Assembly: GCA_028714495.1 (NCBI GenBank)
Contig: JAQTMH010000004.1
Span: forward strand, 128,232 to 192,231
DNA from: Patescibacteria group bacterium
Lineage (GTDB): Bacteria > Patescibacteriota > Patescibacteriia > JAHIZJ01
Direction: 5' to 3'
DNA length: 64,000 nucleotides
The notes below the pieces were generated by a model. That model was not told where the DNA came from, did no database searches, and saw nothing but the letters and a program-made list of their open reading frames with translations. Within the stretch, counting starts at the first letter, position 1. Each line of letters starts with the position of its first letter. Positions 28,020-37,008 of this stretch are shown here, piece after piece. The translations under genes and the position numbers were made by a program.

Positions 28020-28478
28020 ATGCCGCAGCAGTTTACTGTGCCACAATTTATCGACGTCGAAGATAAAATATTCGGACCGATTTCAGTCCGGCAGTTCGTG
28101 GTTATTTTGGGCGGCGGGTTTATCGAAATTATCCTGTACTTTGCCTCTCCCTTTGTAGTTTTCATCATTTTGGGCTTGATTGTCCTCGGCCTGATAGTGT
28201 TATTCGCCTTTTTCAAGATAAACGGACAATATTTTCATGTCTTTCTGATCAATTTGGCCACAACCGTACGCCAACCCAAACTTCAGCTCTGGAAGAAATC
28301 ATATGACCCGAAAGAATTGGAGGAGAAGAAAAAAGAAACCGCCCCGCCCGGCATTGTCCCCCCGCGAGCCAGCCCCACTTCCAGCCGCCTCCAGGAATTA
28401 GCCTTGATTGTTGATACCGGAGGAGCCTACGGCGAAGAATCTTGGGAAATAGCAAAAGAAGATAAAGACATCGTTTAA
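28020..28478 (+). CDS. PrgI/VirB3-like small membrane protein of type IV secretion systems
   Basis: …FIDVEDKIFGPISVRQFVVILGG… followed by 2 TM helices. Directly upstream of VirB4. Confidence 0.45.
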   Translation: MPQQFTVPQFIDVEDKIFGPISVRQFVVILGGGFIEIILYFASPFVVFIILGLIVLGLIVLFAFFKINGQYFHVFLINLATTVRQPKLQLWKKSYDPKELEEKKKETAPPGIVPPRASPTSSRLQELALIVDTGGAYGEESWEIAKEDKDIV

Positions 28479-28490
28479 ATCTCATAACTT

Positions 28491-29162
28491 ATGGCCAAAC
28501 AAAAAGCCATCGCCTCGCCCACCCAGAAACACGTTCCGATCGCTGAGATTCGGGATAATACGGTAGTACTTAAAGACGGCACGGTCCGAGCCGTAATTTT
28601 GGTTTCCTCAATCAATTTCGCTCTCAAATCCGAGGACGAGCAAAACGCCATTATTCAGGCCTACGTTGAGTTTTTAAACTCTTTTGAATTTCCCGTTCAA
28701 ATTCTGATTCAATCGCGAAAGTTGGATATTGATGAGTATCTCGAACGCTTGGATAAAACTGAAAAAGAACAGACCAATGAGCTTTTAAAAATGCAGACGC
28801 GGGAGTACCGTAAGTTTATCGCGGAGCTGATCGAGATGGCCGACATTATGAGCAAACGTTTTTACGTGGTGGTACCATTTGATCCTCAGTACCAGAAGAA
28901 AGCTAAAAAATTCCTCGACCGGGTAAAAGAACTCTTTGCCCCAAGCAAAGTTATTCAGCTCAAGCGCAGCCAATTTGAAAAATATCGCACAGAATTATCG
29001 AAGCGAGTTGATTTTTTGGTCAGCGGTCTTGGGGCAATGGGTTTGAAGGCGGTGGCCCTCGATACCCAGAGCTTGATTGAACTATATTACAATACTTACA
29101 ATCCGGAGACCTATGATCAGCAGCAGCTCGTGCCGGTAGAAAAGTTACAAATCGAAAACTAA
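28491..29162 (+). CDS. VirB4/TrbE N-terminal-domain protein (split VirB4, part 1)
   Basis: …HVPIAEIRDNTVVLKDGTVRAVILVSSINF…EDEQNAI… like the N-terminus of VirB4/CagE. Stop TAA is 1 nt before the next ATG. Confidence 0.5.
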   Translation: MAKQKAIASPTQKHVPIAEIRDNTVVLKDGTVRAVILVSSINFALKSEDEQNAIIQAYVEFLNSFEFPVQILIQSRKLDIDEYLERLDKTEKEQTNELLKMQTREYRKFIAELIEMADIMSKRFYVVVPFDPQYQKKAKKFLDRVKELFAPSKVIQLKRSQFEKYRTELSKRVDFLVSGLGAMGLKAVALDTQSLIELYYNTYNPETYDQQQLVPVEKLQIEN

Positions 29163-29163
29163 T

Positions 29164-31089
29164 ATGGCTAATATCAATTTATCCAAACAAGCCCAACCAG
29201 TTCAGGAACAAGTCGGACCAAAGCCGGCCCTCTCGACCCAAGAAAAAAAAGAAGTTGAGACGGGCGCGATTGAACGCGAGAAGCGGGCAATCGAAGCCGA
29301 GCGGATCTACCGAGAAGGCGTGGTGACGATTCAGGACTTGATTGCCCCGCCGGCCCTCAAGGTAATGCCGAATTATATTGAACTGGGCGGCAAATTTATC
29401 CGGACAATATTTGTTACGACCTATCCGCGCTTTGTCTCGGTTGGCTGGTTTGCTCCGATAGTCAATTTAAATCTAACGCTGGATATCGCGATGTTCTTTT
29501 ACCCGATCAGCTCGGATATCATATTGAAGCAACTTCGGAATAAAGTAGGCGCCCTCGAAGCCCAGATCATGGGTGACGCGGAAAAGGGATCAGCCCGCGA
29601 TCCGATGATTGAAACGGCGCTCCGGGACGTGGAGAAGCTCCGGGACGATTTGACCCAGGGAATGGAAAAATTTTTCCAATTCGCGCTCTACGTGACGATC
29701 TATGCCGATTCGCTGAAAGAATTAAACGAACTTTCGGATCGGATTGAAGGCATGTTTGGTTCGCGACTAGTCTACAGCAAGCGAGTTTATTATCAGGCTG
29801 AACAGGGTTTTAATACCACCTTGCCATTGGCGACTGATCTGCTGAATATTGCTTTCAATATGAACACCTCGCCCTGCGCGTCGTCTTTTCCTTTCATTTC
29901 TTCCGAATTGACCTCTGACAACGGCATTCTCTACGGCATCAATCGGCACAATAACAGCCTGATTCTTTTCGATCGCTTCAGCCTCCAGAATGCCAATTCC
30001 TGCGTTTTTGCCACCTCGGGCGCGGGCAAAAGCTATGCCGTGAAACTGGAAGTTCTGCGCAGCCTGATGCTTGGCACTGACGTCATCATTATTGATCCGG
30101 AAAAAGAATACAAATATCTCTCTGACGCGGTTGGGGGAGCCTACGTTAATATCTATTTAAATTCTGATTCCAAAATAAATCCTTTTGATCTGCCGCGGCC
30201 CGTGGGCGAAGCCGACAAGCCGGCCGACATCATTCGTTCGGCGGTCATAACGCTGAAAGGGCTGATGCGCCTGATGTTGGGAGAATTTACTCATGAGGAA
30301 GATTCATTAGTTGACCGGGCTTTGATTGAAACCTATGCCAAGAAAGACATCACGGCCGACTCCGACCTGACTAAAATTGAGGCGCCTCTGATGTCCGATT
30401 TCGAAGAAGTGCTTTCGGGCATGGAGGGCGGCGATCAGCTGGTCAAACGTTTGAAGAAATATACCGAAGGTACGTTCTCCGGTCTCTTTAATAGCCCCAC
30501 CAATATCGACGTCAAAAACCAGCTGGTCATATTCAGCGTGCGCGACTTGGAAGACGAGCTAAGACCGATCGCCATCTATATTATTGTCAATTACATCTGG
30601 AACATAGTCCGCTCCGAGCTGAAAAAGAGAATTATGGTAATTGATGAAGCCTGGTGGCTGATGCAAAACGAAGATTCAGCCAAATTTATCTATGCCCTGG
30701 TCAAACGTTGCCGCAAATACTACCTCGGTGTTACTACCATCACCCAGGACGTAAATGATTTCTTGCGCTCGCCCTACGGTCAGGCGATTGTCACCAATTC
30801 CTCGCTTCAGCTGCTGCTTAAGCAATCACCGGCCGGGGTTGATATCTTGGCCAAAACATTTCTTCTGACCCAGGGAGAGAAATATCTGCTGCTGGAGTGC
30901 GGTGTCGGCGAGGGGATTTTCTTTGCCGGGGCTCGACACGCCGCCATCAAAGTAGTCGCTTCCTATACCGAGGACCAGGTGATAACTTCCGATCCAAAAC
31001 AGCTCTTGGAGATCGAGGCGGCGAAAAAGGAATTTGAACAATCAATGGCCGATGATGAAGGGGTTGAATCAGCCGCGCCCAGGTCCTAA
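29164..31089 (+). CDS. VirB4-like type IV secretion ATPase (split VirB4, part 2)
   Basis: Walker A ATSGAGKSY, Walker B MVIDEAWWLM, …ITQDVNDF…. Confidence 0.7.
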   Translation: MANINLSKQAQPVQEQVGPKPALSTQEKKEVETGAIEREKRAIEAERIYREGVVTIQDLIAPPALKVMPNYIELGGKFIRTIFVTTYPRFVSVGWFAPIVNLNLTLDIAMFFYPISSDIILKQLRNKVGALEAQIMGDAEKGSARDPMIETALRDVEKLRDDLTQGMEKFFQFALYVTIYADSLKELNELSDRIEGMFGSRLVYSKRVYYQAEQGFNTTLPLATDLLNIAFNMNTSPCASSFPFISSELTSDNGILYGINRHNNSLILFDRFSLQNANSCVFATSGAGKSYAVKLEVLRSLMLGTDVIIIDPEKEYKYLSDAVGGAYVNIYLNSDSKINPFDLPRPVGEADKPADIIRSAVITLKGLMRLMLGEFTHEEDSLVDRALIETYAKKDITADSDLTKIEAPLMSDFEEVLSGMEGGDQLVKRLKKYTEGTFSGLFNSPTNIDVKNQLVIFSVRDLEDELRPIAIYIIVNYIWNIVRSELKKRIMVIDEAWWLMQNEDSAKFIYALVKRCRKYYLGVTTITQDVNDFLRSPYGQAIVTNSSLQLLLKQSPAGVDILAKTFLLTQGEKYLLLECGVGEGIFFAGARHAAIKVVASYTEDQVITSDPKQLLEIEAAKKEFEQSMADDEGVESAAPRS

Positions 31090-31121
31090 GCCTGGATAAT
31101 TTGACTTATTAAAATAAATTT

Positions 31122-31760
31122 ATGAAAGGTTTCCGGATTATCATCATCATTATAGGAGTCTTAGTGGTTTTGTCGGCGATAATTTTGGTAGTGACGCGTT
31201 TCACGGGTTCATCAAAGAATGACAACGCCAACACCGGGAACACAAACAACACCCAGATTATCAACAACACCGCTCCGGCTAACAATAATACGAACCAAAC
31301 CGCTAATTCGAATAATGCTAACACCAACTCAGGTAACAATACCAACAAAAATACCAATACCGCGCCAGTTACTCCAACTGGCGAGGCAAGCTTAAAAGCC
31401 ACGGCCCGGAGTTTCGCCGAGCGCTTCGGCACCTTTTCAAATTACAGCGATTACGAAAACGTCGAGCACTTACTGCCCTACATGACCCAGCGGATGAAGA
31501 AATGGGCGAATAAGTACATCGAAGAACAAAGAGCCAAACCGCCCTATACCGGCATTTACAGCGGAACCACGACCAAGGCCTTATCGGTAAAAACCTCAAG
31601 TTTTGAGGAAGCTGCCGGTACGGCCGAATTTCTAGTCAGCACCCAGCGCAAGGAATCAACCGGCACGACTTCCAACGCTCGCATATATTATCAAGACATC
31701 AAGATAAAGTTTGTTAAAGAGCAGTCAGTTTGGAAAGTTGATGAGGCCTGGTGGCAATAA
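31122..31760 (+). CDS. membrane-anchored hypothetical protein (N-terminal TM, Asn/Thr-rich linker, globular C-domain)
   Basis: ORF architecture only. Confidence 0.4.
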   Translation: MKGFRIIIIIIGVLVVLSAIILVVTRFTGSSKNDNANTGNTNNTQIINNTAPANNNTNQTANSNNANTNSGNNTNKNTNTAPVTPTGEASLKATARSFAERFGTFSNYSDYENVEHLLPYMTQRMKKWANKYIEEQRAKPPYTGIYSGTTTKALSVKTSSFEEAAGTAEFLVSTQRKESTGTTSNARIYYQDIKIKFVKEQSVWKVDEAWWQ

Positions 31761-31769
31761 AATCCTGAC

Positions 31770-32501
31770 ATGGCAAGCCCTTCAGATAATTTAAACAACC
31801 AACCAGGAAGGCCAAGGGGATCTTCAAAAGACATTAAAAACCGGACTGGAAAATCGCGTTCTCCAGGAGAAAATATCAATCGGCAAAAAGGCCGGTTGCC
31901 TGAAAACCAGATGGGTTTGGACAGGCAAAGGGGCAGGGATTTTCGAACCCGAGAACGACAGGCGGAATCCATGGGTTCTCCATTAAGCCCGGCAGGTATT
32001 CAAGGCCGGCTAGGTAACGTCTTGAATCGTTCAGTCGATGATTTTGATAGTCGTCGGACCATCGGTGGCCTTCGCGGGCAGAGCACGGCGGGGATGAAGG
32101 ACGATATCACAAGTCCGGCTGAGCAGAGAGCGGCCAGCCGGCGGATGGGCAGCGCTAAGGCTCAAGCGGCTCAAGCCGCGGTTCAAGCCATAGCCGAAGG
32201 TGAGGGGAAAGGACAGGTGGCTGAAGCGGCCGCGGCGGCAGCGCTCGAAGCTAAAAAAATACAGCAATTTCGATTAATTTTGTTGGCTATCAGAGGCGGC
32301 AGCGCGATTACAGTCGTCGGCATCATTATCACGATTCTTATCTGGGGCATTCAGCTGATCGTCGGCCATATCATGGGCCATGAAAAATGGAAGATGTCGA
32401 AGTGGGAACTGCCCTTCGCGATAATCATCTGGGTATTAGTATTTTTTGCTGTCGTGGTGCAGTTTAGTATTTGGGCATTGTACCTGAAGATTATTCAATA
32501 A
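31770..32501 (+). CDS. hypothetical membrane protein with Arg-rich disordered N-terminus and C-terminal TM helices
   Basis: ORF architecture only. Confidence 0.4.
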   Translation: MASPSDNLNNQPGRPRGSSKDIKNRTGKSRSPGENINRQKGRLPENQMGLDRQRGRDFRTRERQAESMGSPLSPAGIQGRLGNVLNRSVDDFDSRRTIGGLRGQSTAGMKDDITSPAEQRAASRRMGSAKAQAAQAAVQAIAEGEGKGQVAEAAAAAALEAKKIQQFRLILLAIRGGSAITVVGIIITILIWGIQLIVGHIMGHEKWKMSKWELPFAIIIWVLVFFAVVVQFSIWALYLKIIQ

Positions 32502-32553
32502 TACTGTCGGACTGATACTGTTTTAAATTCGCTATATTAGCTATAATGCTTAT

Positions 32554-33693
32554 ATGAGAAAAAATCCAAAAACCAAGGCTTTTATTCTGGGTTTAGGTCT
32601 GGCGATTGTCTTGACCGGTTTGATTATTATTCCGGCGGCCAGCGTCCCTGGTCTGGTCAGCCAGGCTCGGGCTGCCAGTGATTCAAGCGTGCCCCCGCCC
32701 TGCAATCAGTGTGGTGAAGGTCAAATTTGTTTAAATGTCTGGATTAACACTTGGTGTGTAACAAATCTGGCGGAGTATATATCAATATTTTATCGATACT
32801 TTATTGGGATAATCGGAATATTCGCGGTCGCCATGATAATGTTCGGAGGATTCAAATGGATTACCGCCAGCGGTAATTCTGAAAAGATCAACCAGGCCAA
32901 GGATAATATCACCTCAGCCATTATCGGCGTAGTTATCGCGTTGTTTTCTTACGTCCTGCTTCAGACCATTAATCCGATGATCACTTCGTTAAAGAGTGAC
33001 ATATCCGGTATCACCGGGATAGAAGGCGCCTATTCGCAAATTTGCCAGAATCTGTATGGAGCTGGCTGGCAGGCCAAGGTTGGCAAAGGGGCTGATTTTA
33101 ACGCAGAATGCGGCGATGAGTTGGATATAATAGACGCTGCGGGAAACCCTACGGGCGTCAAGTGCTATGGTGGACATTGCGCAGAGGGTCAAATATGCGG
33201 CTTCTCGGTAATGAGTGGTTATAAATGTGGTACTCCAAAAAAATTATGCGAAGATACCGATAAAACTAAATGCCGACAGACTGATTCGATAATCAAGGCG
33301 TCGCAAGCAGAGGGCGCCATTGATTATGGCTGCGCGAAAAGAATTGATAATACTTGGTCAATAACCGGCCTTTATGCCGCTGAAGGCGCTGACGAATGCG
33401 TTTACAACCCGGTAATAAAGAAAGAACAATGGGAGGCGGCCGGGTACGAAAGAGTAAATTGTGGAGAATCGGAAGCAAAAAATAGATGTTGGTATATGCC
33501 GGGCAATGCAAAAATGCCAGCCTGTAAAACTGTTGGCGTTAATATCCCTCTTATAGGTTATTTACAAATTGACGCTAGAATGCGTTGTTGTACTGATTCT
33601 GAACGGCCAATAGTTGGAGCCAACACCGTTTGCGTCAGGAAGGTGGGCCTGCCGCCGAACGATCCTGAATCATATACTCTCTGGGAGCCGTAA
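32554..33693 (+). CDS. Cys-rich TrbC/VirB2-like pilin-like membrane protein with large Cys-rich C-terminal domain
   Basis: Signal peptide, PPCNQCGEGQICLN, helix 1, loop …SGNSEKINQAKDN…, helix 2, then ~230-aa domain with about 20 Cys. Confidence 0.4.
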   Translation: MRKNPKTKAFILGLGLAIVLTGLIIIPAASVPGLVSQARAASDSSVPPPCNQCGEGQICLNVWINTWCVTNLAEYISIFYRYFIGIIGIFAVAMIMFGGFKWITASGNSEKINQAKDNITSAIIGVVIALFSYVLLQTINPMITSLKSDISGITGIEGAYSQICQNLYGAGWQAKVGKGADFNAECGDELDIIDAAGNPTGVKCYGGHCAEGQICGFSVMSGYKCGTPKKLCEDTDKTKCRQTDSIIKASQAEGAIDYGCAKRIDNTWSITGLYAAEGADECVYNPVIKKEQWEAAGYERVNCGESEAKNRCWYMPGNAKMPACKTVGVNIPLIGYLQIDARMRCCTDSERPIVGANTVCVRKVGLPPNDPESYTLWEP

Positions 33694-33722
33694 TATTTAG
33701 TAGACTTTTCGGAATAATTTAA

Positions 33723-34964
33723 ATGACTCTTTCACCAAGGACCAAAAAAATAATTTTCATTAGCCTGGTTGTTATCGTGACTGGCTTGTTAGCCTACGGT
33801 ATTTATTTTCTATTTTTCCAGCAGCTCATAACGCCGGAAAATGAAAATAAAAACGCTAACGGAAATGTGAATGGAGGAACATTGCCGAATACGAACGTCA
33901 ATCGTTTAGTCAACCGAAATACCAACGTGAACACCAACGGCGCGACGAACTTACCCCAAATATCTGATATTGCCAATGGCGGATTGACCAAGGTGACTGA
34001 CGTGGCTGATGTGGCCGTGGAAGCTGGGGCGCCGACGAGCGACCGGACCGGCTACGTCTATTACGATTCGGCGACGCATAAGTTTTACCAGATATTAGCC
34101 AATGGCGAGCGTGTCGAGCTTTCAGATAAAGAGTTTTATGACGTAGCCAATGTGGCCTGGTCGCCGGACCGCAATCAGGCGATTATGGCCTATCCTGACG
34201 GCAGTAAAATATATTACAATTTTAAAAGCGGCCAGACCGTCACCTTGCCGAAGGAGTTAAATGACGTGCATTTTTCCGAGGCCGGAGATAAAATTGCCTA
34301 CGAATTTCTGGGCGAGGAGGAAAACGAGCGCTGGCTGGCCATAGCCAACCCTGACGGCAGCGGACAGCAAATACTCGAACCGCTCGGCGATCGCGACAAC
34401 CGCGTCGAAGTCAATATGTCTCCGGATGCCCAGGTGGTGGGTATTTATCGCGAGGGGATCGGCGTCGATCAGGAGGAGATTTATTTCCTGGGCCAGCACG
34501 GCGAGAATTTTAAATCAATGGTGGTTGACGGGGCTGGTTTTGAAGGCCAGTGGACGCCCCAAGGCGATAAGCTGCTTTACAGCGTTTATAATTCAGAAAG
34601 TGATTATAAGCCGGAATTGTACATTGTAGACGCCCGGGGAGAGAATATTGGTTTAAATAAGCTAGATCTGGATTTGAACACCTGGTCTGACAAATGCGCC
34701 TTTTCCGGATCGAGTCTTTACTGCGCCGTGCCAAATGATTTGCCGACTGGCGCCGGATTGGACCCGAGCTTAGCCAGCCAAACGACTGACAGTTTTTACC
34801 AAGTAAATCTAGAAACAGGCCAGAAGTCCTTATTGGCCATACCCTATTCGGGCTCCAGTCAGATCGGCTATTCGGCCGAAGGCGTCTATCTCTCGCTTGA
34901 CGGCAGTTACCTGTACTTTCGCAATGCTCTCACGGGCAAGCTTGATAAGATACAGATAAAATAA
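33723..34964 (+). CDS. membrane-anchored beta-propeller (TolB-like) protein
   Basis: N-terminal TM, Asn-rich linker, repeated …Y(Y/V)…S(P)DG… blades. Confidence 0.45.
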   Translation: MTLSPRTKKIIFISLVVIVTGLLAYGIYFLFFQQLITPENENKNANGNVNGGTLPNTNVNRLVNRNTNVNTNGATNLPQISDIANGGLTKVTDVADVAVEAGAPTSDRTGYVYYDSATHKFYQILANGERVELSDKEFYDVANVAWSPDRNQAIMAYPDGSKIYYNFKSGQTVTLPKELNDVHFSEAGDKIAYEFLGEEENERWLAIANPDGSGQQILEPLGDRDNRVEVNMSPDAQVVGIYREGIGVDQEEIYFLGQHGENFKSMVVDGAGFEGQWTPQGDKLLYSVYNSESDYKPELYIVDARGENIGLNKLDLDLNTWSDKCAFSGSSLYCAVPNDLPTGAGLDPSLASQTTDSFYQVNLETGQKSLLAIPYSGSSQIGYSAEGVYLSLDGSYLYFRNALTGKLDKIQIK

Positions 34965-34973
34965 TCAAAAAAT

Positions 34974-35714
34974 ATGGCAGAAAAACCCATTCAAACGCAC
35001 ACCAAGGTTAAAACAGCGGTAGTTGTCACCATCGGGGTTATCGCCTTTTTAGTAATCGCCTTGCTAATCGTAATATTTAGGAACGTGATCGCTGAAGGAT
35101 TATTCAGCCGGGTAAAAGTTACCTATGAAGGAATGTATAATCCATTCGTAATCTCAGGCAATGCCCTGGTGACTGCCGCGGAAAAAGAAATCTCCGGCCA
35201 GCCGGAACTCCGGCCGACTGATCCGACGCAAGGTTCAAGCAGTCCGAAAATAAAGATTTTTGAATTCGGGAGTTTTAATAGCGGTTACTCGGCTGCCGCC
35301 CAAAGCGTAGTGGAACAAATAGTAACGGATTATGGTGGCGAAGTTCAGATTATCTGGAAAGATTATTTTGACCAAACCGACTCAATCGCCAGGCTCGGCG
35401 CCGAAGCAGCACGGTGTGGCCAACAGCAAAATAAATTTTGGGAAATGCAAAAAGTGATTTATCAAACCCAGGGGGGATTTACCAGGGACAAGCTGATTGA
35501 GTTGGCGAAGGGTTTAAATCTGAACCTAGACAATTTTAATAGTTGCCTGGATAAAAAAGAAGTTGACGGCGTAATAGACCAAAATATCAGCGAAGCGATC
35601 CAGCTACACTTGCCTGGCGCTCCGATATTCTTCGTGGATGATAAAGTGCTGAAAGGCGTAGTGACTTACCGGGAGTTTGAAGCGCTGGTGAAACAGGAAT
35701 TGAAGGGTAAATAG
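34974..35714 (+). CDS. DsbA-like thioredoxin-fold protein lacking the catalytic CXXC motif
   Basis: Aligns with the bona fide DsbA at 40184..40909 (…KFWEM…), but CPAC is replaced by NSGY (FEFGSFNSGYSAA). Confidence 0.55.
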   Translation: MAEKPIQTHTKVKTAVVVTIGVIAFLVIALLIVIFRNVIAEGLFSRVKVTYEGMYNPFVISGNALVTAAEKEISGQPELRPTDPTQGSSSPKIKIFEFGSFNSGYSAAAQSVVEQIVTDYGGEVQIIWKDYFDQTDSIARLGAEAARCGQQQNKFWEMQKVIYQTQGGFTRDKLIELAKGLNLNLDNFNSCLDKKEVDGVIDQNISEAIQLHLPGAPIFFVDDKVLKGVVTYREFEALVKQELKGK

Positions 35715-35996
35715 CTGCCAGAGAATTCAAAATGTAAAATGCAAAATTTAGGTTGCCGCCGTAGGCGGATACCAACATTTTTAATTTTGAGTTTCTTCCC
35801 TGACCCAACGGATTTCGTATACTTTTATCCGAGGATCTTTGCCGGTGGTATACAGCGATACCCGCCCAGCAGTCATGCCGGACTTGATCCGGCATCTCCA
35901 TTATCAACCCGAGGTGAATAATTATATAGACCATACCCGCCTCTGGTTGGTACTTAATCAGCCTTACCTATTTTCATTATCCATCTAGCTTTTTCC

Positions 35997-36114
35997 AGCT
36001 AGGTTAATAAAGGGGGCCTACGGCGGGTTATTTGCCTATGGCTCCGCTTTCGTTTGGCCTGAAAATATTGTTAAGGAGCTCTATGATTGTTGGTGTGAAG
36101 GCAAATAAAAAAAG
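35997..36114 (+). repeat. copy 2 of the 118-bp direct repeat
   Basis: See 23707..23826. Confidence 0.9.
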
Positions 36115-36230
36115 ACGGCAGGTGTCGTCTCGACATGGGTATCATGGGTGCCAAAGCCGGGCTTTGACTTGGGGGATTCTAATCCCGATACCTGTCATAT
36201 GAGACGATAACTGCCGTTATGTGCCGGAAG

Positions 36231-36629
36231 CTACGCTAGAGCTGGCACAGCCGCCTCGGTCGCCATGGACGCACGCGCGTCAGGTACGGGGCTGACCCGG
36301 AGGTCAAAGGGCTCGGCACCGCAGGCGCGGATGAGCTCTTCATCACCACCGAGAAAGACTACCCGTCTGGCGGGATTGACCATGTGTCCGGCCCGATTCC
36401 TGTACGGCTGCGTAGAGGCGAGCCAGTTGGTCAGACTGAGGTTACCCTCGGACGCGACCACGCCGCACACCTTGCCGGGTCGGACTTCGTTGGAGCAGAC
36501 CTCCAGGTCTCTGATTGTGTTCGGACTGCCTGCCACAGCGAATCTGATACCGGGTGTGTGCGTGTGACTGCCATCTTTGCCATTAACGTGATTGAAACAG
36601 CACATGTGGATCTCCCGATCTTTGTACAA
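36231..36629 (-). pseudogene. decayed M20D amidohydrolase paralog fragment in a GC-rich segment
   Basis: …HMCCFNHVNG…SHTHT… and …RRVVFLGGDEELIRACGAEPFD… parallel …MHACGHDFHT… and …RLLFTQAEE…ELIRARGADGL… of the intact M20D gene. Several overlapping ORFs on both strands, none convincing. Confidence 0.3.
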
Positions 36630-37008
36630 CCCTTCCTGGGTTGTGGGTTTAGAAGAGGACCTCCTTACCTCCGTGTGGTTGTAATAGCCCTAGTCAGGTG
36701 AACTTATTCTTCATCCAACCCCTCCTTCCCCTCTTCGAAGTTCTGATCCTGGCAGTGCCTGGCACTGCTCCAGCCTGGTTCCTCCTCGGGAAAAAGTGGG
36801 GGAGAGCGCGGCAGTTGACAAATGGCGTTGGCTTGGATACGTGGAGATCGGGAGAAGACCACGATACCCATTGCCCAGCGCCTTACTTGTTCATACGTGT
36901 CCGGCTCTCCCATAAACCTGTTTATCTCTAGAAGAGAGGTACTCGATAACCCAGAATACAAAGAGCGTATTTTTATAATACGCTAATTTGCTAATATGTC
37001 AAGCTGGG

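Noticed and set aside
29160-29166. VirB4 as a single gene with a sequencing frameshift
   Set aside because: Could not be rejected or confirmed. The junction is a clean TAA stop followed 1 nt later by ATG in another frame, so it is reported as split. Re-sequencing would settle it.
36265-36701. Plus-strand ORFs 36265..36567 and 36384..36701, and 36704..36961 (-), in the GC-rich segment
   Set aside because: Low-complexity, Arg/Pro-rich translations typical of non-coding GC-rich DNA. Only the minus-strand frame at 36231-36629 shows M20D-like motifs, and it appears decayed.
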